A DNA stretch of 64,000 nt, taken from NCBI GenBank assembly GCA_963422645.2, contig CAXXVO010000011.1, forward strand, positions 116,600 to 180,599, written 5' to 3'. Below are positions 44,149-53,737 of the stretch, piece by piece. The notes below the pieces were generated by a model that saw only the letters and a list, made by a program, of their open reading frames with translations, searched no databases and was not told the DNA's origin. The stretch's first letter is position 1. Each line of letters begins with the position of its first letter. The stretch comes from Alphaproteobacteria bacterium (GTDB lineage Bacteria > Pseudomonadota > Alphaproteobacteria > UBA828). The translations under genes were made by a program, and so were the position numbers.

Positions 44149-45473
44149 CACTAGTGTCCCATTAAAACTACAATAGAATCAGTTGCTTATCTTCGCGGCT
44201 CTGGCCCACCGGGAGTGCCTTATGCGTAAGTAGCGCATTGAGCGGGATTTTTTCGAACAGGGTGAGGCTCAGGGTCTGTAGAATTGTGTAGAGGCTGGCA
44301 TCGAGTCTCAACCTCTTCTTGATGATGGCAATCAGGACGTAGACGGAGACTGCGATCCAGATTTGGGTCTTTACGGCATTTTCGGAGGTGCCGAAGAAGG
44401 CCTTGATGCGGAGGTTTTGCTTGATCCATTTGAAGAAGAGTTCGACCTGCCAGCGATAGCGGTAGAGCTCTGCGACGGTGAGGGGCGGAACAGCGAAGTT
44501 GTTGGTCAGGAAGTTGAAGGTCTTGTTGGTTTCAGTATCCTTGTAGCCGACCCTGCGGAGCGGCTTTGGGTAGCGGCTTTTGCTCGCCTTTCCGGTCAGG
44601 ACGATGGTTTGATCGCAACGCAGTCCGGCGTCTTTGTCGACGGTACGGGAGTATTGGCGCCGGTATTTCGTGTTGGCCTTTGCGCGGATGACGAAGAAGC
44701 TTCCCGCCATATCCAGGGCGTTGAGGCGCTTGAAGTCGAGGTAGGCGCGATCCATGATGTAGAAGGCGCCGGGCTCCGGAATGATGATGTCCAGGACATT
44801 CACATCGCCGAGCTTGCCGTCGGAGATGTGAATGAAGGCCGGGATACTGCCCTGCAAGTCAAGGAGAGTGTGAAGCTTGACGGCCGACTTGGTTGAGCGG
44901 AACAGAGCCCAGGGGAAGACCGACAGGCACAGATCGATGGTCGACGCGTCGAGAGCGTACACGGTATTGTCGAGTTGAAGACCGAGGTCCTCGCCGGCAT
45001 AGAGTGGGCGTGCGATGTCGATCAGTTCCTGGGCGAACTCGGCATAGATGCGCCAGTCGCGTTGCGCGTTGGCGTTCGCTAAAGTGTTGCGCGAGACCGG
45101 TCCCCGAATTCCCATGTGATAAAGCTTGTTATTCTGGGCACGCAGACAAATCTCGATGTCGCGCAGGCTTTCTCGATAGGACAATTGTGCGAAGGCCATG
45201 CAGAAAAACTGGCTCAGGCATGAGAACGATTTGACGTACCGATTACCATCGTATTGTTCGACGCATTTGCGGAACGAATGCAGGGGCAGATGGTCCATCA
45301 CCTGCGAGAAGACAAGTTGTCCCGTGGACATGACCGGGCTCCCTCTGGATCGGAGAACCCAGCCTCGGCACTCGCGCCGGCCACTTCAAGTCGGTAACAG
45401 CGCGAAATGGCGCTTAATCGCGCTTTGTCAATAACTTAACAAGGGTCTCTCCAATTTTCTTGGGACACTAGTG
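44149..45473 (-). mobile_element. IS4-family insertion sequence (1,325 bp) with 9-bp TSD
   Basis: Terminal inverted repeats CACTAGTGTCCCA (44149-44161) and the reverse complement at 45461-45473. The direct repeat TTTCAGGCT is at 44140-44148 and 45474-45482. Confidence 0.9.
44168..45331 (-). CDS. IS4-family DDE transposase
   Basis: 387 aa. Motifs: MSTGQLVFSQVMDHLPLHSFRKCV...YALDASTIDL...FYIMDRAYLDF...YRYRWQVELFFKWIKQ (YREK-type). Confidence 0.9.
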   Translation of the reverse strand: MSTGQLVFSQVMDHLPLHSFRKCVEQYDGNRYVKSFSCLSQFFCMAFAQLSYRESLRDIEICLRAQNNKLYHMGIRGPVSRNTLANANAQRDWRIYAEFAQELIDIARPLYAGEDLGLQLDNTVYALDASTIDLCLSVFPWALFRSTKSAVKLHTLLDLQGSIPAFIHISDGKLGDVNVLDIIIPEPGAFYIMDRAYLDFKRLNALDMAGSFFVIRAKANTKYRRQYSRTVDKDAGLRCDQTIVLTGKASKSRYPKPLRRVGYKDTETNKTFNFLTNNFAVPPLTVAELYRYRWQVELFFKWIKQNLRIKAFFGTSENAVKTQIWIAVSVYVLIAIIKKRLRLDASLYTILQTLSLTLFEKIPLNALLTHKALPVGQSREDKQLILL

Positions 45474-45878
45474 TTTCAGGCTGACGAATTCCCGCGCACT
45501 TTCGACCTCCGCAAGATCATCAAGAAGCTGGTCTATAGCCGTCCCGTAATCGAGCGCACCTGCCCTGCCGCCATCACCTTGGGGCACTTCCGCATCGCCC
45601 GGGTGACCGACGTCCCGCGGTTCGTCAGAGGCGACGAAGCGAATAACCACTTCGCAAGCCTCCGGCTCGAAGTAACTGGCGTCCGCATCCCTGCGGATCT
45701 TCCTGTACTGCTTCCCGCTCCGGTAGCGAATGCTCACCTGGGGCTCGTAGCCACCCAACGGTAAGTGCCGCAATCCCTGCAGCGCCGGCGGCAAGGCAGA
45801 CCCACTCAAGCTCTTGAGGTTGGCAAGGCTTTGCTCGATTTCAAACACAACATCTTGAATTTGCATTATATTCTCCAT
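45474..45878 (-). pseudogene. 5' part of the ~226-aa gene split by IS4
   Basis: MENIMQIQDVVFEIEQSLANLKSL...LAEVESAREFVSLK. The SLK codons (AGCCTGAAA) are the duplicated target, so the two halves join in frame. Confidence 0.65.
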
Positions 45879-46061
45879 TTACTATCGTGTTTATATCTAG
45901 ATCATTTCCAGATACTAAATGTATTGTGTCACGCTTCTTCGAGATATCAAGCGGAAAATCGTGGAGTGCGGCCCTCGGTGCGAATCGAGGCACACGGCCA
46001 CGGTGGTGCCGGGGCGGCACCTACAACCGGCAGGCGTTGCGGCAGGCAGCGGCGCCCTGCC

Positions 46062-46820
46062 CTACTCCGCGGCCTCGGCGATGTCGTCGGCTGTACCGAA
46101 ATGGCTGAACATGCCGGTGAAGCGCTTGCGCTCCGGCGGGCGGTAGGTCTTGCGCTTGCTGGTCTTGAGCCCGAGGCCCACCAGCAGCTCCGCCTGCTTG
46201 GTGGCGCAGACCACGCCGTCGAGGATCGGCACCCCGAGCTCGGCTTCGAGTTCGGCGGCAAACCGGGCGAAGCCGGCGCAGCCGAGGCACACGGCCTCCG
46301 CATCGTCCTCCGCCACCGAGCGGCGCACCTCGTCACGGAGCTTCTCCATCGAGCCTTCCGGGTCGCGCTCGATGTCCAGCACGTAGAGCGGCAGCGTGCG
46401 GATGGCGACGATGCGATCCGCCATGCCGTAGCCGTGCACCATCTCCTCCAGCAGGGTGCGGACACGGGGAATGACCGAGACGATGGAGAAGCGCGCCGCC
46501 ACCATGGAGGCGGTGTAGAACGAGGCCTCGGCGATGCCGACGACCGGCTTCTCGGTCACCTCGCGCGCGGCGTGAAGGCCGGGATCGCCGTAGCAGGCGA
46601 TGACGTAGGCGTCGACGCCTTCGGCCTCGCCCTTGCGCACCTCGTCGAGGACGCCGCAGGCCGCGACCTGCTCGTCGTAGAAGCTCTCGATCGACTCCGG
46701 CCCGAATTCAGGGCTCACCGCCACGATCTCGGTGCCGGCGCTGGCGACTGATCGCGCCGCCTCGCCAATGCCTTCGGTCATCTCCAGCGTGGTGTTGGGA
46801 TTGATCACCTTGATCTTCAT
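46062..46820 (-). CDS. Asp/Glu/hydantoin racemase-family protein
   Basis: MKIKVINPNTT...YVIACYGDPGLHAAREV...VCLGCAGF. GGGAGAG lies upstream of the ATG at 46820. Confidence 0.8.
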   Translation of the reverse strand: MKIKVINPNTTLEMTEGIGEAARSVASAGTEIVAVSPEFGPESIESFYDEQVAACGVLDEVRKGEAEGVDAYVIACYGDPGLHAAREVTEKPVVGIAEASFYTASMVAARFSIVSVIPRVRTLLEEMVHGYGMADRIVAIRTLPLYVLDIERDPEGSMEKLRDEVRRSVAEDDAEAVCLGCAGFARFAAELEAELGVPILDGVVCATKQAELLVGLGLKTSKRKTYRPPERKRFTGMFSHFGTADDIAEAAE

Positions 46821-46943
46821 CGGTGGCTCTCCCTTCATGTCCCTCGTGCGGATGCCATCGGCGGGCGCGCCGCGCGGCGGCTCTCACCCGCCCACCATCA
46901 TTGGCCTTATCCGGTCCTGACTCAACCTCGCATCCCGCGGCGA

Positions 46944-48179
46944 TCAGCCGCGATCGGACGCCGGATGCGCGGTCTTGACGCCGCCCTCGGCCCACCAGAT
47001 GGCTCCCAGCGTGGCCAGCCCCGAGACGGCGAAGGCGCCGATCAGCGTGTACATGGTCCCGTCGAAGCCCTGGCCGACCACGGCCCCCAAGGGCACCGAG
47101 ATGAAGGTGGCGAGCGACGCGATGACTGCCGCTCCCACGCCGGCAATATGGCCGAGAGGCTCCATGGCCAGCGCGTTGAGATTGCCGAAGAGCAGGCTGA
47201 CGCTCACGAAGACGGTGAGGAGATAGCACATGAAGAGCCAGAATGGCGGAAGCCCGTCGAAGGCGAAGGCAACCGGGCAGGCGACGAGCGAAATCAACGC
47301 GATGGCGCCGGCGGCGAGCTTGGAGAGCCGGCGCATGCCGTAAGTCATCACGAGGCGGCCGTTCACGATCGAGCCGGCCCCGAAAGAGAGCGCGAGCACG
47401 CCGAAATAGAGAGGAAAGAGGGTGCCGGTTCCGTAGGAATCCTGAAAGACCTGCTGGGCGGAGCCGAGATAGGCCACGAAGGGCGCGAACACGAAGCCCG
47501 TCGCGATGGTGTATCCGAGCGCGGTCCGAATCCTCAGTATCTCACCCACGGCCTGGCCGATGGCACGCAGCGAGAAGGGCCGGCGCCGCTCGACAGGCAG
47601 GGTCTCCGGCTGGCGCAGCGCAAACCATGCGAAGACGATCACGGAGATGACGAGGAAGGTGATGAAGATCGCACGCCAGCCCCCCAGGATCAGCAGCCCC
47701 TGCCCGAGTGCCGGGGCGACCGTCGGGACCATGATGAACACGGCCATCGCGAACGACATCAGCTTGGCCATCATCCGCCCCTCGTACTGATCGCGCACGA
47801 GGGCGATGGTCACGATGCGGGGCCCCGCCACGCCGATGCCCTGCAGCACACGGCCCGCGATCATCACCTCGAAGGAGGGCGCGAAAATGCTCACAAGGCA
47901 GCCGATCATGAAGAGGGCGAGGCCGGCATGAACAGCGGGTCTGCGCCCGATGCTGTCGGAGAGAGGGCCGAAGAGCAGCTGGCCGATCCCGAGCCCCAGA
48001 AAGAGGGACATGATGACCATCTGGACGTCGTTCGGACGCGAGACGCCGAAGTCGCGGCCGATTGCGGGCAGCGCCGGCAGCATCGCGTCGATCGCCAGCG
48101 CGACCAGCGACATCAGCAGCCCGACGAGGGGCACGAACTCGGCGGTGCGAAGGGCGCGGCCGCGCTCCGACTGGCTCAT
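46944..48179 (-). CDS. MFS transporter (Bcr/CflA-type drug-resistance subfamily)
   Basis: 12-TM-like hydrophobic profile with GPLSDSIGRRP (MFS motif A). AAGGGGAAAG lies upstream of the ATG at 48179. Confidence 0.8.
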   Translation of the reverse strand: MSQSERGRALRTAEFVPLVGLLMSLVALAIDAMLPALPAIGRDFGVSRPNDVQMVIMSLFLGLGIGQLLFGPLSDSIGRRPAVHAGLALFMIGCLVSIFAPSFEVMIAGRVLQGIGVAGPRIVTIALVRDQYEGRMMAKLMSFAMAVFIMVPTVAPALGQGLLILGGWRAIFITFLVISVIVFAWFALRQPETLPVERRRPFSLRAIGQAVGEILRIRTALGYTIATGFVFAPFVAYLGSAQQVFQDSYGTGTLFPLYFGVLALSFGAGSIVNGRLVMTYGMRRLSKLAAGAIALISLVACPVAFAFDGLPPFWLFMCYLLTVFVSVSLLFGNLNALAMEPLGHIAGVGAAVIASLATFISVPLGAVVGQGFDGTMYTLIGAFAVSGLATLGAIWWAEGGVKTAHPASDRG

Positions 48180-48297
48180 TCTTTCCCCTTGCTCGCCGCC
48201 GTGATGCTCCACCCGCCGGCAACGGCACGCGGCGGTCGGACGGCGGGTTCAGGCCGGATTTCTTGTCAGGGTTATGGTCTGCCCGGCGCCCTTCGGA

Positions 48298-50073
48298 CTA
48301 GGGCGCAGGACTGCCACGCCGGGCCGCAGTGGCCGTGCTGTCGAGGGCGCCGTCTTCGGTGACGACAACACCATAGTCGCTCTCGGCAGTCTCACGAGAG
48401 ATGTAGCCGTCCCGCACGTCCTCCGCCACGGCGTCCGCCGGGCGCTCGGCAGCCGAGCCATAGCCGCCGCCGCAGGTGCCGGTGAGCGTCAGGCTCTCCC
48501 CGGCCTTGACTGCCCGGTTCGGCATCATCGAAGGGAAGGGAATGTCTTCGCCGTCGGCCTGGTGATAGACCAGCGCCGCCTCGCGGCCCTCGGCACCGCC
48601 CTTGAGGCCCCAGGGGCGGAAGGCGTGGCCGTCGCCCTCGACCGAGATGAAGCTGTCGGCGAGAAACGAGACCTCGCGGACGGACCCGATGCCGCCCCGC
48701 CAGCGCCCGGCTGCCGCCGCATCGTTGCGCAGCTCGTAACGCCGGATGCGGAGCGGCAGGTGGGACTCGATATCCTCGATCGGGTTGTTGCGGGTGTTGG
48801 CGTAGAGGGTGTCCACCGCGTCCATCGCATCCTTGCCGGCGCGGCCGCCGTAGCTGCCCTCGTGGATGTCCATGTGCACCCAGTGGCCGCCGTCCTTGAT
48901 GCCGGAAAATGCAATCACCTTGAGGTTGCCGACACCGGCCGAGACCTTGTCGGGCACCGCCTGGGCCAACGCCTTCATCACCGTGTCGGCGACGATATTG
49001 CCGGAGACGAAGCGCGCGATCGTAGGCGCCGGGAAGGTGGGATTGGCGATCGTGCCCTCCGGCGCCTTGATGGTGATGGGGCGGATCAGGCCCGAGTTCT
49101 GCGGGATCTGGCCGAAGCTCTCGCTGTCCAGCAGGATCGAGCGGACGGTCAGCCAGATTGCGCAGTCCACCGTGCCTTCCAGCGGCATGTTGATGGGCCG
49201 GTCGTCGCACTGGCGGGCGGTGCCGTCGAGATCCACCACCAGCTCGCTGCCCTTCACGGTGACCGCGACGGCGACCTTGAAGTGGCGCCGGTCGGGGTCG
49301 TCGAGGAAGCCGTCGACGTGGCCCTCAGCCCGGTAGGTGCCGTCGGGCAGCGCCTCGATCGCCTGGCGCATGAGCCGCTCGGAATAGTCCATGAGCGCGT
49401 CAGCCGCCGCCTCCACGGTCGCCAGGCCGTGGCGCTCGATCAGCGCGAGGTAGCGTTCGGCGCCGATCCGGCTGGCGGCGACCTGCGCCTCCATGTCGCC
49501 CACCACCATGTCGGGCGCGCGGATGTTGTCGCGCATCATGTGCCAGAGCACCTCATTGGCGACGCCCCGGTCGTAGGCCTTGAGCGCCTTGAACTGGAGT
49601 CCCTCGGCGTAGGCATCCATCGCATCGACGATGCCGCAACTGCCGGGGCTGAGCGCGCCGATATCGAGATGGTGCGCCGTAGTGACCGCGTAGCCCACCA
49701 GCGCGCCGTCGTGGAAGACCGGCACGATGAAGGCGACGTCCGGCCCGTGGCTCGCGCCGTGATAGGCGGAGTTGTGGATGATGACGTCCCCCTCGCGCAG
49801 GGTCTGGCCGCGCTCCTCGAGGATCTGGTTCATGCCCTTCACGTAGCCGGGGATCGGTCCTGACTGCAGCGGCGTCGAGTGCTTCGATTCGCAGAGCTGG
49901 CGGCCGTGGCGGTCGATGATCGCCGCCCCGAAATCCTCTGATTCGCGGATGATCGAGGAATAGGACATGCGCATGAGCTTCCAGCCCATCTCGACCGCGA
50001 TGTTCTCCAGCGCGCCCTGGATCACGCTGGCGGTGACCGCGTCCATGGGGCGGATGTTCGGCGTATCTGCCAT
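48298..50073 (-). CDS. hyuB: Hydantoinase B / oxoprolinase-family protein
   Basis: 591 aa. Motif: DAVTASVIQGALENIAVEMGWKLMRMSYSSIIRESEDFGAAI. Confidence 0.85.
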   Translation of the reverse strand: MADTPNIRPMDAVTASVIQGALENIAVEMGWKLMRMSYSSIIRESEDFGAAIIDRHGRQLCESKHSTPLQSGPIPGYVKGMNQILEERGQTLREGDVIIHNSAYHGASHGPDVAFIVPVFHDGALVGYAVTTAHHLDIGALSPGSCGIVDAMDAYAEGLQFKALKAYDRGVANEVLWHMMRDNIRAPDMVVGDMEAQVAASRIGAERYLALIERHGLATVEAAADALMDYSERLMRQAIEALPDGTYRAEGHVDGFLDDPDRRHFKVAVAVTVKGSELVVDLDGTARQCDDRPINMPLEGTVDCAIWLTVRSILLDSESFGQIPQNSGLIRPITIKAPEGTIANPTFPAPTIARFVSGNIVADTVMKALAQAVPDKVSAGVGNLKVIAFSGIKDGGHWVHMDIHEGSYGGRAGKDAMDAVDTLYANTRNNPIEDIESHLPLRIRRYELRNDAAAAGRWRGGIGSVREVSFLADSFISVEGDGHAFRPWGLKGGAEGREAALVYHQADGEDIPFPSMMPNRAVKAGESLTLTGTCGGGYGSAAERPADAVAEDVRDGYISRETAESDYGVVVTEDGALDSTATAARRGSPAP

Positions 50074-50076
50074 GAT

Positions 50077-52155
50077 CTAGTCCTCCTCGCCCAGGCGCAG
50101 GATCAAGTTCGCGCTCGTGTCGACGCGCACCGACCAGCCGGGCGGCACCACGGTGGTGGCATCCGTTTGCAAGATGATCGCGGGCCCTGCGAACGGCGCA
50201 TCCACCGGCAGCGCCTCGCGCCGATAGAACGCCGTGTCGTGGCCTTCGAGCGCGCCGTTCACGCGGAAGACCGAGCGCGCGGTCTTGACCCGCGCCTCTT
50301 CCAGCGAGCCGCCCGCCGGCGCAGGCGGTGCCGCAATCTTGGGCATGCGGCCGACGCCGGTGATGCGGATGTTCACGATCTCGATGGGGCTCTCGGTGAA
50401 GCAGTGGCCGTACTCCTGCTCGTGCAGGGAATGGAAGGCCTGCCAGACCTCTTCCAGCCCGGCCTCGTCCAGCTCGCCCGCCGGGAAGGCCACGCGCAGC
50501 TCGTAGCCCTGGCCGACGTAGCGCAGATCGCCGGCACGGCGCTCCTCCACCCGGTCCGCGCCGAGGCCGGCGGCCTCGTACTGGGCCATGAGGTCGCGGC
50601 CCAGTCTGGCGAAGTCGCCGTTGATCCGCCCGATATCGACCGCGCCCTTGACCTGGAAGGCGGTCATGATCTGGTCGTACTTGAGGTCGGTGGTGAGCAG
50701 GCCCGCCGCAGAGGTGATGCCGGGATGCGGCGGCACCACAACCTCGGGCACGTCGAGCATCGCCGCGACCTCGGCACCGTGCAGGGGTCCGGCGCCGCCG
50801 AAGGCGACCAGCGAGAAGTCACGGGGGTCGAGGCCCTTCTGCACCGTCTTGGAGCGGATGGCGTTCGCCATGTTGGCGTTCACGATGGTGAGCACGCCTT
50901 CGGCGGCCTCATGCTTGTCGACGCCGAGCACCTCGGCGAGGTCCGTGATCGCGGTATCGGCCCGCTCGGGCGCAAGGGTCATCTCGCCGCCGAGAAAATT
51001 GTCCGCATCCAGCCGGCCGAGCACGAGGTTGGCGTCGGTGACCGTGGGCGAGGCGCCGCCCCTGCCGTAGCAAGCGGGGCCGGGCTCGGAGCCGGCACTC
51101 TCCGGCCCGACCTTGAAGGCGCCGCCGGCATCGGTGCGGGCGATGCTGCCACCGCCGGCGCCGATGGTCGTGATGTCGATCATCGGCACGAGCACGGGGT
51201 AGCCGCCGATCCAGGTATCGCGCGCGGTGGCCTCGTTGTAGCGGCCGTCGATCACGATGCCGATGTCGGCGCTGGTGCCGCCCACGTCGAAGGTGATGAG
51301 GCGCCGGCGGTCGGAATGCTCCGCCGCCCAGGCGCCGCCGAGCACGCCTGCGGCCGGCCCCGACATGAGGGTGATGACCGGCACGTCCGCCACCATCGCC
51401 GCGGTCGCAACGCCGCCGTTCGAGCCCATGATGTGGAGGTCGCCCGGGATGCCGGCCTGCTTCAGCCGGTCCTCGAAGCGGCGCACGTAGTTGCGCACCT
51501 TGGGGCCGATGAAGGCGTTCATCGCCGCCGTGGTGAAGCGCTCGAACTCGCGGAACTGGGGCGCGACCCGGGCCGAGGTGGTGACGAAGGCCTCGGGCCA
51601 TTCCTCCAGCACGATGGCCCGCGCGCGCTCCTCATGGGTCGGGTCGATGTAGGCGAAGAGGAAGCAGATGGCGACCGCCTCCACGCCCTTCTCGCGCAGC
51701 GCGCGCGCGGCCTGGCGCACGCCCTCTTCGTCCAGCGGCTCCAGCACGTCGCCCTGCGGGGGCACCCGCCTCTCCTTCACGGTGAGGCGGTGGCGGCGGC
51801 GCACTAGCGGGCGCGCCTGCCACGGGATGTCCTGCATGATCGAGTAGTTCTGGGGCCGCTGGTGACGGCCGATATGGATGATGTCGCGGTAGCCGGCCGA
51901 GGTGATCATCCCGGTCTCGGCGCCGTCGTACTGGAGCACCGCGTTGGTCGAGATCGTGGTGCCGTGGAAGACGTGGGCGATGGCGTCGGGCGCCGTGCCG
52001 CTCCGCTCGCAGAGCGCGGCGATGCCCGCCGCGGCGCCCTCCGAAGGGTCGTCGGGTGTGGTGGGCACCTTGTGGATCGCGCTCTCGCGCGTCTCGCTAT
52101 CGGTGATGATGAGGTCGGTGAAGGTGCCGCCGACGTCGACGCCGATCAGCTTCAT
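50077..52155 (-). CDS. hyuA: Hydantoinase A / oxoprolinase-family protein
   Basis: 692 aa. Motifs: MKLIGVDVGGTFTDL...ITFDVGGTSADIG. Confidence 0.85.
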   Translation of the reverse strand: MKLIGVDVGGTFTDLIITDSETRESAIHKVPTTPDDPSEGAAAGIAALCERSGTAPDAIAHVFHGTTISTNAVLQYDGAETGMITSAGYRDIIHIGRHQRPQNYSIMQDIPWQARPLVRRRHRLTVKERRVPPQGDVLEPLDEEGVRQAARALREKGVEAVAICFLFAYIDPTHEERARAIVLEEWPEAFVTTSARVAPQFREFERFTTAAMNAFIGPKVRNYVRRFEDRLKQAGIPGDLHIMGSNGGVATAAMVADVPVITLMSGPAAGVLGGAWAAEHSDRRRLITFDVGGTSADIGIVIDGRYNEATARDTWIGGYPVLVPMIDITTIGAGGGSIARTDAGGAFKVGPESAGSEPGPACYGRGGASPTVTDANLVLGRLDADNFLGGEMTLAPERADTAITDLAEVLGVDKHEAAEGVLTIVNANMANAIRSKTVQKGLDPRDFSLVAFGGAGPLHGAEVAAMLDVPEVVVPPHPGITSAAGLLTTDLKYDQIMTAFQVKGAVDIGRINGDFARLGRDLMAQYEAAGLGADRVEERRAGDLRYVGQGYELRVAFPAGELDEAGLEEVWQAFHSLHEQEYGHCFTESPIEIVNIRITGVGRMPKIAAPPAPAGGSLEEARVKTARSVFRVNGALEGHDTAFYRREALPVDAPFAGPAIILQTDATTVVPPGWSVRVDTSANLILRLGEED

Positions 52156-52340
52156 GGGCCGTCCGCTCGCTGTTGCGGCCCGGCGGCCGCACGTGTTCGT
52201 TGCGCCTTAGCCGCCGGGGGCCCCCGGCGGCGGCGCAGTGTCTTACCCGCGCCCGAGCGGGTCAAGCGGCCCCCGCCACGCACCGATGCGCGGGAGACGC
52301 GCGGCGCCTATACTGGCGCGCCGTCACGACGGGGGCGAGG

Positions 52341-53720
52341 ATGGCAAGGGAACGCATGCCGCGCTGGAAACGGCGGACCTACAACATCGCGGCGCTTCGG
52401 GCTCAGGCCCGGCGAGTGTTGCCGCGCGCGGTCTTCGATTTCGTCGACGGCGGGGCGGGCGACGAGCACACACTGCGCCGGAATGCCTCCGCCTTCGACG
52501 ACTTCGCCCTCTATCCGCGCCCGATCGGCGGCACACGCGAGCGCGATCTCTCTACCACGCTCTTTGGCCGGCAGATTTCTATGCCGCTCATCGTCCCGCC
52601 CACGGGGCTTGCCGGGCTGCTGTGGCCCGACGGCGAGGCCGCCTCGGCGCGCGCGGCGACCAAGGCCGGCTCGATCTACGCCCTCAGCCACGGCTCGGTC
52701 TGCAGCCTGGAAGAGTTGGCCGAGAACGACGTCGAGCCCCTCTGGTTCCAGACCTACATCTTCAAGGACCGCGGGCTCACACACGAGATGGCGGCGCGCG
52801 CGGCGGCGTCCGGTTACGAGGCGCTGATCGTGACCGTCGACACCCAGCTCCTCGGCAACCGCGAGCGCGACATTCGCAACGGCTTCGTCATTCCGCCCAC
52901 GATGTCCGCCCGCGAGGTCGCCAACATGGCGACCAAGCTGGGCTGGCTGTTCCGGATGCGGCGTGTCATCCCGAACATCACCTTCGGCAACTACCGCAGG
53001 GCGGACGGCGGCGAGGACCTCACCGCCCTCGCCCAGCGCATGTTGCGGCTGCCCGACCCCGGCATGCAGTGGCGCGACATCGCCGACCTGCGCGCGGTCT
53101 GGAAGGGGCCGCTCCTGCTCAAGGGCATCCTTCACCCAGCGGATGCCGTCGAGGCGGTGGCCAACGGCGTGGACGGGATGTTCGTCTCCAACCACGGCGG
53201 CCGGCAACTCGACGGTGCGGCGAGCGCCCTCGACGCGCTGCCGGCGGTGGCGGAGGCAGTGGGGGGACGCGCCGCGGTAATTCTCGACGGCGGCATCAGG
53301 CGGGGCGCCCATGTCGTCAAGGCGCTGGCGCTGGGCGCGGACTGCTGCTCCATCGGCAGGGCACAGTTCTGGGGCCTCTCGGTCGCTGGCGAGGCGGGAG
53401 TGGCGCATGTGTTCGACATCTTCCGCCGCGAGCTCGACCTCACCATGGGGCTCTGCGGGCTCCCCAACATCGCCTCGATCGGGCCGGACGTATTGGCGCG
53501 GGACCGCACGGCGACGGAGACGGCCCGGCTCGCTGCCGCGAGCGAGGCCGTCGCAGCAGTGGCCGTTGCGGTGGCGGAGTCGGGGAACGCCGCCGACAAC
53601 GGCGCCGGCGAGGGCACCGAAGAGAAGACCGAGCCAGTCGCCGAGACCGGCGGCCCGGCAGGGCCGGAGCCCACCCGCTACGGCGATTGGGAGCGCAAGG
53701 GGCGCGCCATCGACTTCTGA
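52341..53720 (+). CDS. FMN-dependent alpha-hydroxy-acid dehydrogenase/oxidase (LldD-like) with an in-frame DUF1674/SDHAF4-like C-terminal tail
   Basis: LPRAVFDFVDGGAGDEHTLRRN...VTVDTQLLGNRERD...VSNHGGRQLDG. A ~70-aa Ala/Glu-rich tail then ends in GGPAGPEPTRYGDWERKGRAIDF. The start is ATG 52341 or 52356. Confidence 0.8.
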   Translation: MARERMPRWKRRTYNIAALRAQARRVLPRAVFDFVDGGAGDEHTLRRNASAFDDFALYPRPIGGTRERDLSTTLFGRQISMPLIVPPTGLAGLLWPDGEAASARAATKAGSIYALSHGSVCSLEELAENDVEPLWFQTYIFKDRGLTHEMAARAAASGYEALIVTVDTQLLGNRERDIRNGFVIPPTMSAREVANMATKLGWLFRMRRVIPNITFGNYRRADGGEDLTALAQRMLRLPDPGMQWRDIADLRAVWKGPLLLKGILHPADAVEAVANGVDGMFVSNHGGRQLDGAASALDALPAVAEAVGGRAAVILDGGIRRGAHVVKALALGADCCSIGRAQFWGLSVAGEAGVAHVFDIFRRELDLTMGLCGLPNIASIGPDVLARDRTATETARLAAASEAVAAVAVAVAESGNAADNGAGEGTEEKTEPVAETGGPAGPEPTRYGDWERKGRAIDF

Positions 53721-53737
53721 TTTGATACGGGCGCTTC

